NCBI GenBank assembly: GCA_951406725.2
Contig: OX597817.1
Span: 121,954,001-122,018,000, forward strand
Direction of reading: 5' to 3'
From: Octopus vulgaris
Taxonomy: Eukaryota
DNA length: 64,000 nt
The notes under the pieces were generated by a model. That model made no database searches. It was not told where the DNA came from and saw nothing but the letters and a program-made list of their open reading frames with translations. Positions within the stretch are counted from its first letter, which is position 1, and every line of letters begins with the position of its first letter. Shown piece after piece: positions 1 to 12,294 of the stretch. The translations under genes were made by a program, and so were the position numbers.

Positions 1-577
1 CTACAGCTGGATAGTACTGTTCAAATAATTTCAAACTAATTGATTGTCAAATTTGATTTGAAAATATACGGTTTACTTTTAACGATAAGACTGTAATTAA
101 TTTGTTCCTGTGATCTTAAACCAATTTGAAAGTTAAATGCCGGATTTTTCCAGGCATAGATATTTTAATAAATTATTAACTGTCAGTTTAGAATAGAATG
201 TTTTAGGAAATGAATCTAGTGTAATAAGAAGATAAGGGTTTTTAATTGTCGCAAATTGTCAAGAGCTCATGGTTCAGCTGATATATTTCGTTTGTGAATT
301 AATTCCATATCTATCACAATGTCATTAGTTTGTTATAGAATTTCAGCCTGTTTTCAGTCGCTTATGAAGGAATATATTCTCTTAAAAAAATATGTAATTT
401 GAATAATTTATATGGACATATAAGAATATCAGAATTCTTAACTATGTTACTGTACGCCTGATTATGTGTTTTCATCTGAAAATATGTTTATTTCATGTTA
501 TCAGTGTGAGTTATGATCCTTCTTAACACAGAAAGGTTAAAAAGACATATGTTTCGATGTAGGTGAATTAAGACAAC

Positions 578-674
578 TTAAACAAAGTTCTTAAAAGAAT
601 TTACAAATATTATTGCTAAGAATAAGGTAAATGTGAATTCCAAGAGAAACTCTTCCTTGATAATATGCAACTGC
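578..674 (-). CDS. Candidate terminal coding exon B (QLHIIKEEFLLEFTFTLFLAIIFVNSFKNFV*)
   Basis: Strong acceptor catttccttcttttgcttcag|G on the minus strand; open frame to TAA; hydrophobic C-terminus. No homology recognised. Confidence 0.2.
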
Positions 675-1062
675 CTGAAGCAAAAGAAGGAAATGTGTGC
701 ATAATATCTTAGCTCCAGTGAGAACTCGATAAAATCAAGAAGTGGATAGGAAAAGATTAAAAATAATAGCTCCACATCGATGACATACACTATAAAAGTA
801 GGCGAATCTTATATTTAATTTTCATAAAGTATTTATTTGAAAACTGGAGGGGGTAACATCATGGTAGACAATGCCTCCAAGCAATAGTATGGTGGTATTT
901 AATGCAATAAAGTATCAGCAAACATGTCAAAAATTACATAGGAAAAATAAATAATCAATTACTGTGAAAATATGTATAAACTTTTTATTGACATATGTGA
1001 AATATTAAAGATGTTATTCATGAAAATATATAAACTATATGATACTTCTGTTAATAAATAAC

Positions 1063-1144
1063 TCAATCAGAACAGAATCCGGTCATGTATCCCAATGTGA
1101 TCAAAAACACTCCTATTATTGTGAAAATACCGAGTATCACTTGC
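1063..1144 (-). CDS. Candidate terminal coding exon A (QVILGIFTIIGVFLITLGYMTGFCSD*), transmembrane-like
   Basis: Acceptor cttgttatttcttcattttag|G; ~19-residue hydrophobic helix then TGA; in frame with candidate exon 1268-1305. Confidence 0.3.
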
Positions 1145-1267
1145 CTAAAATGAAGAAATAACAAGATATAAAAGATTAAAATATTTAGAGCATTATTTTG
1201 AAGGGGCAAGGAAGATGGGAGTAGAGTGAGAACTGAACGAAATATTATATCAATGTTATATAAATAC

Positions 1268-1305
1268 ATCCGAATGTTACTACGAAAGGAAATCGTAGAA
1301 AGATT
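1268..1305 (-). CDS. Candidate 38-nt internal exon (NLSTISFRSNIR + AT)
   Basis: Strong acceptor ttttctctcctttcag|; weaker donor GAT|gtattt; a 123-nt intron joins it in frame to 1144. Confidence 0.22.
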
Positions 1306-1608
1306 CTGAAAGGAGAGAAAACTGAAATATACTAATATGCTTCCATATTCAATAGCATATTCCTCTCAAGAGATCCACGGTGGGAATCTTTAACAGATAT
1401 ATTCATCTAGAGGTGAGAGTTGTTAAATCATTGCCAAATCGCACTCGAAAACATGAAGACCAAATGGGATAATTTAGATCACGATACATGTCCTTTAAAA
1501 GTGTTAAAGAGGGGATAAATACAACTAGAACGCCTATAATGATACGTGACAAACTATAACTTCAAGTGATAAGAATAGGCTCTGAAAAGCAGAGTAGAAC
1601 AGCTAGTA

Positions 1609-2044
1609 CAATGTTTCGGTCGGATTTTCATAGTAATTACGGACGGAGAGCACGAAGCAGTGATAAGTAAAATTGTAATCTCATGATCAGTCTGAATATG
1701 CTTAATGCACGTTCGGACTGTCAGGGAGAATGTATCTCACTTGTTGACAAATGGTGTGTATGTTGACAAATGATGTGTAGACCAGCTAGCAGCGCCGCCT
1801 ACATAGACTGTGAGATGCTAGTAATTTGGTGTAGTCATTTCCTCTTCGGTCACAGACACAGTCTGATTGAATGCACACCATTTGTCAACAATCGAGATAT
1901 ATTCTCCTTAACAAAGCGCATTGAGCAACTTGTTCTCCAATTCGAATGTGTATCAAGCTTATTAGGATTGATAATAACATTGCAATTTCACCTATCACTG
2001 CTTAACGCTCCCCACCTCCGTAAATTACTAACGGTCAAACGCTG
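1609..2044. mobile_element. MITE with long (~150 bp) imperfect terminal inverted repeats, Tc1/mariner-like ends
   Basis: 1602-1762 is the reverse complement of 1870-2050 (tagtaattacgga/tccgtaaattacta; ttgttgacaaatggtgtg/cacaccatttgtcaacaa); TA flanks at 1607-8 and 2045-6. Confidence 0.7.
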
Positions 2045-2128
2045 TATAGCGCAACCAGTCACGGTATGGTGACGAGAAAATATTAAGAGAGTCAGTCTCT
2101 TTACTCAGCGCGTAGCATCGTCTACCTA

Positions 2129-2320
2129 GTGTCTGTGACCGAAGGGGAGATAACTATTCTGAAATGCTGGCATCTCAGAGTCCAGGTAGGTGGCACGGCC
2201 AACTGATCTAGGTGTTTACACACAATTTGTCAACAAACTTGACAAAACGCAATGAATAGCTTGTTTCCCAGTTTGAACGTGCCTCAAGTATATCCAAACT
2301 GATAATAACTACAATTTCAT
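2129..2320 (-). mobile_element. Second, truncated inverted copy of the 1609-2044 MITE
   Basis: gtgtctgtgaccgaag is the reverse complement of the matching stretch in 1839-1859; 2272-2318 matches 1670-1718 inverted. Confidence 0.65.
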
Positions 2321-2909
2321 GACACTGACTTTGAATGACACAACAGCAAGATAACACCGTGACGAACCAAAACACATGGTTTCACTATTGTTACTATAAC
2401 TATCAGTGTATGATGCTTAGTGATACAACGAAACAGCCTTGGAATTACATAGCATCATGGCTAAACATGTGTTTTCGCTGGAGTAATGAAAATTAAAAAT
2501 AATGTAGCAAGCAAAATGTGCTTGAGCAACAGATAACAGAATAAATAATGAAGGTAAATAATTTTTTTTCAAGAAGCACGTATATTAATATTTTGTACTT
2601 AGTTACTTCACATGCTAGACATGACAGAAAACTCTCTCTCTCTCTCCAAATTACACTACACAGGATTGGCAGTGTAGTTAATCTGAGAGCTAAATGAAAG
2701 GACTGCAGTTTTAAGATATGAATAAAAATGCCAACTTTACTTCCCACAGATACTTTAGAACAATATGTATCAGTAATATTTTATAATCGATAAAACTACA
2801 TCCTCTTATATCAGCTGTATTCGTTTCTTTTAATATTCAGTATTAATATATATATACATTCATACATACATATATATATATATACATATATATATAAATT
2901 CAGTATAAA

Positions 2910-3118
2910 GGCGGCGAGCTGGCAGAATTGTTAGCACACCGAAGGAAATGCTTAGCGTCATTTCGTGCATCTTTACGTTCTGAGTTCAAATACCACCGTG
3001 GTCAGGTTTGCCTTTCATCCTTTCGGGGTCGATGAAAAAGGCAACAGTTGAATACTGCGGTTGACGGAATCAAGTTACCTACTTTCCCGAAGTTGGTGAC
3101 CTTGTGCCAAAATTTGAG

Positions 3119-3121
<3 letters not shown>
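2910..3121 (+). mobile_element. SINE family A (GGCGGCGAGCTGGCAGAA head), full length
   Basis: A-box-like TGGCAGAATTGTT and B-box-like GAGTTCAAATACC; body cctttcatcctttcggggtcgat; many copies in the window. Confidence 0.85.
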
Positions 3122-3166
<45 letters not shown>

Positions 3167-3174
<8 letters not shown>

Positions 3175-3394
3175 ATATTCCGGAATGGTCATTTTGCCAG
3201 TTTAGCCAATAAAAACACACGCACTATATATTTGGTGTTATTTTGCATCAGTGTTATTTAACACTGAAGCAAAATAACACCAAATATATAGTGCGTGTGT
3301 TTTTATTGGCTGAACTGGCAAAATGACCATTCCGAAATACAACAATATCTGTTTCAACACACGACTTCACATAGAAAATCTTGCACAACAAATA

Positions 3395-3397
<3 letters not shown>
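3167..3397. mobile_element. Foldback element, copy 1 (near-perfect ~90-bp-arm palindrome), probably Penelope-like derived
   Basis: 3167-3256 vs 3260-3348 inverted with 4 mismatches and a 3-nt loop; flanked on both sides by (TA)n; homologous copies at 31.4 and 35.8 kb. Confidence 0.75.
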
Positions 3398-3468
<71 letters not shown>

Positions 3469-3507
3469 GTTTGTGTGTATGTATGTATGTATCAGATAAA
3501 AAAATTG

Positions 3508-3551
<44 letters not shown>

Positions 3552-3893
3552 CTGATATCACTTATTATTTTAGGAAACAGGATAAACATAAAATCTGATT
3601 CTGGAGAGTGATTTCAATTGAGGACACCGACTAGACAAATTAAGCTAAATATCGAAAGATATCTATGCTGTCCATTAGGTTTGAAATGACAGAATAAATC
3701 CTTTTACAAAGTATGAAGGCAAAGCAGATTTTTGTTTTACAATATGCTGTAAAGTAGAAAAGTAAAGTAGCAAAATTGGTTTACAAATTTTTAAGTTTCT
3801 TTCTGTAGAATACATAATTCTTTGTATACTTAGAGAAATGAAAACCATAGCAGTGCTATAACGGTACACACACACAGATACATGCGCGCGCAC

Positions 3894-3958
<65 letters not shown>

Positions 3959-4362
3959 TATGTACATACATATATATACATACATATACACATACACACA
4001 AACACACATATATATTCATTTATTATATATGTGTTGAATCATGTTTGAATTTCGAATATACCATAAAAATATTTAAAACGGTTAAATTCTACTGCAAAGG
4101 CAAACTTTAATTTCATTTTCATAATTTAGAATGTTTTAAAGAAATATGCAACGTACTGTTACGTTAATTGCACTGCAAACTTTAACATCTTACATTTATT
4201 CTAAGCTTTGAGGGAATATTGCATTTAGAAACACTAAGTGAAGCTCTAATTTTATTGTAAACATTTTACAAGATTATTCTCAGAATATTTCAAGATTATT
4301 TTCAGATATATTTCCCAGTAAACTATGAAAAGTATTTCGGATTTAGTGAATAAGATATATTA

Positions 4363-5095
4363 TATTGAGTCGTCAAGTATGAAATTTCTAGTGAGGTATA
4401 TGGTAAACTACTCATTATGTGGTAAACTACTCATTTTGCGCCGTTATTGTATTTTTTGTTGGAAAACTGACATATTTGTTTGTCTGTTCTAACTCATTTT
4501 GCGTTTTATAAATTATTTATAAATCTTGTTTTGGTATTTTTATTTAGAGATGGATAAGTCGGACATTCATACAGTTTTGAATTATGAATTCTTTCTTGGA
4601 AATACAACATCGCAGACAGCTCAGAATATTAATGGAGTATTTCACTCTAATGTTATTACACAGCATTCAATATTAAATTGGTTTGCAGAATTTCGTTCTG
4701 GTAATTTTGATCTCACAAATGAGCAGAACAAGAAACAAAAGTGCCCGTGAAGTATCCTTGTTCTTTGGTGTTAGCAAGTGAACAATATTGACTCACCTAG
4801 TTCAAATCGGTAAAGTGAAAATGTTGGATAAGTGGATTCCACATGAACTCAATGAAAATCAGAAACAGCATTATGGAAGTTTGCATTATGCTACTTTCAC
4901 GTCACAAAAATTAATCATTTTTTAATCGAATAGTAACATGTGATGAGTAATGGATCGGATACAACAACCGTAATCGTTCAGCACAATGGTTGGACAAAGA
5001 CGAACCACCAAAACATAGTCCAAAAAGCAAAATTCATCAAAAGAAGCTGATGGTGTGTGTTTGATGGTCTGGCGCAGGTGTGTTACATTATGATT
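4363..5095 (+). mobile_element. Decayed mariner transposon (transposase pseudogene)
   Basis: From ATG 4550: HTH-like ...AQNINGVF...NWFAEFRSGNFDL; WVPHEL-type motif KWIPHEL; catalytic-region FLNRIVTCDE*WI..N; KKLMVCV*WS. Stops and deletions present; TIR-like tattgagtcgtcaa at 4363. Confidence 0.9.
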
Positions 5096-7839
5096 ATATA
5101 TGTACAGGCGTACCCCTATAGGTTGCACATTTTGTTTCACAAATACTGTAATTATAAAATCGATTAAACACTATGGCACCTTATGTCGCAGGCTGACCAA
5201 CATCTTTCAGTGGAATTTTGAACACGGAAAATATCGGGAAGTCCATGTGTGTGAGTGAGTTTGTGCGTGTTTGCGTTAATGTAAAACTGTAAACTTATTG
5301 GTGGAACTGTTTCCTTCCATTTATGTGATATCGGTATGTAGAGATTCAATATATTGAGATCAATAAAACAACGCCAAAACGAAATTACTCGGCTCTACAT
5401 AATCGATTAAAATACAAGAGAACAGTTCCTCAATACGGCTACAATCTAATAAAGTAACGAGTAATAAGTAAAACAACTTATGCATTTGAACAATGAAAAA
5501 TCGTTTTGTAACGGTGAATACATACTTTTGCATTAGAAGGTTATACCAACATGATATATATCGAAGAGCCGTTAGCACAGCAGCGCCCATCTATATTCCT
5601 TTCGAGGATTATGACTGGAGGATTCAAGTAAATTTAAATATGAAAATAAGTGATTGCATCTATGTTGCATGCATGGTTCATTTAGACGTCAGTTTATCTT
5701 TATGGTAGGATTACACAAATATATACCATCAAACGGATAATATAGGTTTAAACACGATAAATATTACTGAAAACAAAGTAGAGTATTGCATTTTATTGCA
5801 CTATTAATTGCACATATACCATAATTGTTTTATAACTCACATCCATTAGGACAGGTATGGTTATTCCCTACAGCAGTTCGTCTTAATGGAAAAGATCAGT
5901 GAGGTCAGTATTCTGCCAAAGATAAATACAGTTGTTCAACTGAGTGTTAACTGAAAGTCAATGTACAAACGGTTAGAGATATTTGTTCCGTTTTATGAAG
6001 GTGTAGTTAGACAACACTTTCCATTTCCACTTTTAGGCGAATGTACTTTAAGCTTCTTACTTTATTTATATAAAATAGCTTTGACCGCCGAAATACCTAC
6101 GACATTAATTTGCTGTGTATGTATATTGATCTTTATATATGAAATACGAAACATCAAATGATATTTAGTAATATATATTTCATAACATTATTCATAAATG
6201 CAAAAAGCCACAGTAAATCAAATAAAGATCGAATGAGCCTCTGTTACAACCGAGAATGGTGATAGCAAATAAAATGATCCTGGTTTGGCTTTAAATATAT
6301 GTTTCAATATTTTATGTGCTATTAGCTTTACCTAGTTTCCACCATGTTCTCAGTCGCCATCCCGATACATACTGACCCAGATGTTAAAGGGTAACATGAA
6401 TGCCTTATTGTAGATTTTTAATTGGTTTGATTTCTTGTATCAGTGCAATTGTAATTTCAAAACAGTGGCAAAAATATCTTGTAAGAATAGGTTTCACGAG
6501 TTTAAAAGACACTCAAGTCTATTTCACCTTTCATGGTCCCGAAGTGAATAGAGTAAATAGTAGCTGAAATAATTACTGGGGTTGATGTAAGTTGCTGTAC
6601 TCTCCAGTCAGTCCCGATATAATTACTAAAATTATTAAAAGAACAAACGTATATATATATTTTTCGCAGCACTTAATCAAATAAGTTGGGTTGAATATTG
6701 GTGAGAGTTACTGTGTCTGATAGAAAAATTATAATATATGCATTTATCTTTCTGCATTTCGAATTAACGTTTCACTAAATAATTAAAAAAAATTTTATCT
6801 GTGTAGTGTCAACTATACAAATGCTCGTGAAAGAAGTTTTTGTCCAGTTTTTATACCATTTATCTTAGTTCAAAACTACCTCATTAGTACCTGTAATATA
6901 GTTTGAAGACGAAGACAAAATAATGAAAGAGGATGCTGGGAAACATTACCTTACATAGGTTATAATTATCAAAATAGCTCAAAACAAATAATTTAGCAAA
7001 GACAACGTGTAGATACATTAGATGGAAACAGGCTAGCTTTACTGAAGAATGATATAGTTAAATATATCAACTCTAATATTGAAGCGGTACATAATTTTAT
7101 ACGATGAAAAGCAAATTCAGGATTGAATTTAACGCGTAAAGAGACATAATTATTTCAAAGCATCTTGCGATTACCATTAATGAGTTTGTCAACGCAAAAG
7201 TACTATAATGCTATACGATTTAGTGCCTTTATTTTGATCACCTTTCTAATTTTAAATCTCAAATTTGTACCCCACTCCATCACTCTAGTAAATGAAAATG
7301 GGCCAATAATTTACTTTGCTCTATTTAGCACTTCCACAATTATTGATCAGTTATCTAGTAGGTTATGTATGTTAGCGAGGCTCGTGGATATTCACTTTTT
7401 AGACTGTTCTTGTTTTTTATCTTGATGCATAAATTTATAAACCCTCGCAGCATTGGCATGTCATCCTATCATATCAAAATTATGTCTTTCAATACATTAT
7501 ACAGTTAAGAATGGATAAAGTGCAATATTCGAACCTTTTGCATTACACTAGATGATATTTCATATTTAAGATTTTTAAATGTATAACATTCAAACATTTT
7601 TCATTCCGTAAACATTTCGATTATATCTACGGTTACAAATGGGTAACGTTTGAATGCAGGTTGTAAGAGGTAGAATAATGATTAAGATTTTATTTTCCAA
7701 ATAGAATATACGTTAAATGTCACCGACAAAATGTAAATGACCCTCAAAATATGCTTAATATCAAAAAGTAACATCTATTTCTAAGTGAAATCTCTTGAAA
7801 TACAAGTTTTGAAATAAATAAGTTTGTTTGCTTTGAAAA

Positions 7840-8018
7840 CGCTTGGCGGTACTTCGTCCGTCTTTACGTTCTGGAATCGAATTCCTTCAAGTTTCACTTT
7901 GCTTTTCATCTTTTTGGGTTCGGTAGAATAAATACCAGTTAAACACCGGGGTCGATTTAATCAGCATATCCTCTCTCACGAAATTTTTTGTCATGTGCCA
8001 AATTTTGAAACCAATATT
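7840..8018 (+). mobile_element. SINE family A, 5'-truncated
   Basis: Matches the body and 3' end of the 2910 copy. Confidence 0.75.
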
Positions 8019-10030
8019 AATCCAAACAGAGTACAGGAAGGGATCTATTCGCGCGAGCGTGCGTGAGAAAGAGAGAGAGAGAGAGAGAGGGTTTTGTGCT
8101 GTATGAGAAAGAATAATAGTAAGACAAGGAGTTTATCTGCCAATTATATAATCTCTATCATTTATTCGCCATCCCTTTTCTTGAACACCATGTGTTTTAC
8201 GCTTAGGTGACATTGGCATCAGGATAATTCTTTTACAAATGAATTATTCTTCGCAGACTTTTAGAAATGGTGACCTTCCTTCAGGATCGACAAAAATATT
8301 TTATCGTTACTGAAGTAATAAAATACAGAATTAACATCGGTGCGATTCGAAATGATAACTTAAAATGCCTTGACAAAATACCACAAGTTATTATTCCCAA
8401 TGCTTTAACAATTCTTCCAATTCACTATTCCTTTACAAATAATAGTGCTGAAAAGAATAGTACTGAAATAATAGTACCGAAAAGAATTTTTTAACTTCTT
8501 TAAATACATTTAACTACAAAACCAAGAAACTAAACTGTACCAATGTTAACATTTGAAATAAAATGTGCTATGACATAGCCAAAATGATTAATAATGTTGT
8601 ACCAGTTGAACACGGTTGTATTGTAAGTGGTATTTTATATGCGGGTTTTGTTTCCATAATAGAGGCATTTTAACATGAAGTAAAATTGACAAAACATAAA
8701 AAGTATCGAGTGATTTCTAGTTTATAACAATTCAATACATAGTTTTCTTTGTTAAGTATCTACAGCATTAAATTTTATAGACTTTTTAATGCTGTAAAGC
8801 GTTCTATCTTATGGTGGTATATCGCCAGGTCGTAATCAACTCCCAAAGAAGTATAATATGGACGTAACAACTTTTCGACATCGTTTTTAAAGACATTTCA
8901 TGTGAACGAAGTACAACAAGCCGTTCATGTTTAGCCGATGAAATAAAATTACGACTATTTCAAATGTTGTGAAGAACACTTGTAATAATTACTAGACAGA
9001 AAAGAATTGTACTACAGAAATTATATAACCATGTACCTATATAACTATATTTCCCGTATAGGAAATTATATAATGTCTGAAGACCATTGATTCACAATAC
9101 CTAAATCGTTAAAGATATAGCAATGTAGGCAGTGTTTCTTCAAATGATATATCTTAATCTGTTTACACTTTCCAATTCTTTCTAAGTAGTGTACTAACAG
9201 AAGCAACAGATAGTCGGATAAAATGCCTTGTGGTATTTAGTTTACATTTAATGTCAAAGTATCTCGACAATACCGATTTACCCTTTCATCAGTAGTGGTT
9301 GACAAAATCAGCCTTCAAGAAATATTGCTACTGATACTAATTGACTTTATGCCTGGGCAACAAACTTTTCAATTGTGCCAACATAAAAAGTCATAACTAT
9401 ACAGTTTTGAAGGGCAGCATTTTAGTAGATGTAGTCTATGGAATAATTGCCTCATAATATATGTATATACATTTCTTATCTAGAGCTTTCAAGTTCCTAT
9501 CCGCATTGAATCATTTGCTATCCTATTATAACATCGCCAACAATTGCTTGCACAAGAAGTTACGGTGTTTGTAAAATCTAGAACTCGGTTTTGTAAATTT
9601 TCAAGGGACCCGGGATGATAGAAAAGGCAGCGCAGCGCATTATAATGAATGCTATGAATATTTAGTTACATTAATTGAGCTTCCCAATTGAAACCAACAG
9701 GGAACAATTTCGTCATATATTTGGAATAACTTCAACTAATGATAATATGTTTTGAAAAATATGTTTTCATATACTCAAAATTAAAAATCCTTAACGTTAT
9801 CCCACTGAAAAGATCTTTCGTTGGTCGATAATGAATTTTGATAATATATGTAAACCCAATGATTTATCTCAATTATACAGAAAATGGAGCTGGCATGAAA
9901 GGAAGGAAACCATTTGAAAATTCCGTGCTTTGTTGTAAAAGTACTACGTCTGAAATATTCTATTCTCATTACCAGAAAATATAAAATACTTGTTCTTAGT
10001 ATTTACAGTAGTAATGTTAACAATGACAAA

Positions 10031-10083
10031 GGCGGCGAGCTAGCAGAAACGTTAGCACGCCGGGCGAAATGCTTAGCGGTATT
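10031..10083 (+). mobile_element. SINE family A, head only
   Basis: ggcggcgagctagcagaaacgttagcacgccgggcgaaatgcttagcggtattt. Confidence 0.75.
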
Positions 10084-10213
10084 TAGAGTAAATTGATTAT
10101 ATTAATTGAGTATAGTGCATATTTCATCGATCTAATATGCAAATATAACGTCTTTCATAGGAGTTGTATTCTATAAAGGCATTTTGTTCTGTATATCAGT
10201 ATAATATCCTCAC

Positions 10214-10315
10214 CTGGGCCGTCCTTGCTTTTAGTTACGTTCAATATTAGTAACGTTTTAGCGAAGCCTCTCTTCTCCTTATTAGTCAGAGAGACCCCGG
10301 AAAAGGTCTTTACTC
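10214..10315 (-). CDS. Candidate 102-nt phase 1-1 exon (VKTFSGVSLTNKEKRGFAKTLLILNVTKSKDGP)
   Basis: Acceptor ttaattgcttattagcag|, strong donor CAG|gtgagg, length divisible by 3, one open frame, higher GC than flanks. No homologue recognised. Confidence 0.3.
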
Positions 10316-10506
10316 CTGCTAATAAGCAATTAAGATAAAAATGAAGAACAAAAATACAACGTAGTCATTGAAAATACTTAATTAAATATAGTATATTTAG
10401 TGGCTTTTTAAAGTCGAAAACATTTTTGAGTCAGTGATTACTTTTTCATTATTGTGAAGTCGAAAAATAGCTGTTAATCATGTATTGGTTGATTAACATG
10501 AATATA

Positions 10507-11398
10507 CAGGGTGCAATGGGTAAATTATCATGAATTTATATTTTCAATTTCGCGCAGGTACATTGTTTGTTTTTGATTTTGTCGGCTACACAGTGTTATA
10601 GGGCAGTGTCTGTGAATAAAAATAGCACAATGACGCAATTTCCACTGCCAGAAATTTGGAAACTGTACTGCTTGGCATTCGCGCCGAAAGCTCCAGTATT
10701 AACATTTCAAAGTGTATGGGTGTCAATGTGAGGACAGTGCAATCTGAGAACATGTACCGAGAGTGATAAAAATTAAACATCCAGTCAACATCATGGTGTT
10801 TGGGATGAGCACTAGAGACGGTGACGTTATGCTTTCATTCATTTCTCCAGGCAGACTCAGGCTCAAGACGGGGGCAAGTATCAAGTGCCTGGAGGAGGTA
10901 GTACTGCCTTGGATCAAGTGGGTGGCTGCTGGAAGATCCTATGTCTGGTAACAGGATTCTTCACCATACCACACAAGCAGGAGAACCCAGTCATGGATAT
11001 CAGACAATTTCTGCGACCACTTAACTCCAGCTAACTCCCAAGAGTCTGACCAGTCGTCTCCCCAGACTTGCAACTCCCCCTTCTTGATTATTATGTGTAG
11101 GGCGCAGTTGAGAGAGAGACCAAGAAAACTCCTTGTAACATCAAAGATGAACTGAAGCCAAGAATTATGGCAGCATTCACCTACTTTAAATACGGAGACC
11201 GTCCCGAGAAGTTTCAGGAGATTCCGAAGTCGTCTAGAGACCGTGTTTGAAGCCAATGGCTATTATATTGAACACAGTTACTCTTTAATATTTCAAGACA
11301 TTTTAATGTAATTTTGGTAAATATATCTGCTAAAATGAGATGACATTCTTATTTACATTTTTGCATAATTTAGACAACAGTTTATTCACTGCACCCTG
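10507..11398 (+). mobile_element. Internally deleted Tc1/mariner-superfamily element with TIRs and TA TSD
   Basis: TA|CAGGGTGCAATGGGTAAATT ... AGTTTATTCACTGCACCCTG|TA. Transposase remnant KHPVNIMVFG...CLEEVVLPWI...YVW*QDSSPYHTS...SPDL...DYYV*G. Confidence 0.88.
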
Positions 11399-11659
11399 TA
11401 GTTCATCCTGTTGCAAATCTAAAAATTCAATAACATATAGAAGGGTGATGGAGATTAAAATTGGAAGAAAAGCGGTCAAACCGCTGCCCATTATTTCTTC
11501 TTCTTCTTCTTCTTCCTCTTCTCCTCTGCATCCCTTCCTCCTCCTCCTCCTCCTCCTCCTTCACGTGGCCGTAGCTGAGTTACGTTTTACTACGCCAAAC
11601 CTAGCATGTCTGTCTTCCATTAGCCTCAGTGGATACTAAATTTTGAGACGCGTGTCTCT

Positions 11660-12140
11660 GGTATTTAGGCACGGCCGTTTACTTCATATATTCGAATCTT
11701 AAACCGAAAGTCAATTGTGTTATTCATCCTTCAACGGTCGATAAAATGAAGAACCGAACAACGTACTTTGCGGTTTTAAGTTACGCCCCTTTAATTTTCT
11801 TCTTCTCTTCAAATCCCTTCAGAATCAATTTTGCTCTTCGTTCTTGTGGGATCAATAAAATAAATAATTGAGTTGATTCAATCGACTACAACTCTCTATG
11901 TGTGTCTTTTTTACCTTTGAAATAAATCGTTATTATATTATGGCGAAAGGAAGAAGACTAGCACAATCGTTAGAGCTACGGAAAATTCATTGCAGTATTT
12001 TAGTTATGACTGCTTAACATCCACTTCAAATCCCGCCGTAGTCAACTTTGCATTTTAACGTTCCAAGGGCGATAAAATAGTCAAGTACTGAGACTGATTT
12101 AATTAACAGCACCATGCCGCGAAAGTGGTCCTTTTAGGAA
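11660..12140 (+). mobile_element. Old, degenerate SINE family A fragments
   Basis: Recurring ttcatccttc...gtcgataaaat and tcaaatcccgccgtagtcaactttgc motifs. Confidence 0.55.
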
Positions 12141-12294
12141 AGAGCTTTAGGAAACTATAGATGATCTACAACGTCATATTTTTCAGTAAAATATCATATT
12201 TCTTCTCCTAATCAAAAGGCAGCTAGTACTTTATGCATAACACATTCAACGCACACACATACACACGCACAAAAATATATACAGAAATATTATA

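Noticed and set aside
2667-2690. TGGCAGTGTAGTTA, resembling miR-34
   Set aside because: The match ends after ~14 nt and lies on the 3' side of a short weak hairpin, whereas miR-34 is a 5'-arm product.
3254-4019. YIYIYI/HTHT/VCVC/NNNN-type ORFs here and throughout the track
   Set aside because: They are translations of (TA)n, (CA)n, (TACA)n and (AAT)n microsatellites.
5841-5912. Minus-strand segment with a good acceptor and a gtgagt donor
   Set aside because: Stops in all three frames; could only be non-coding and has no other support.
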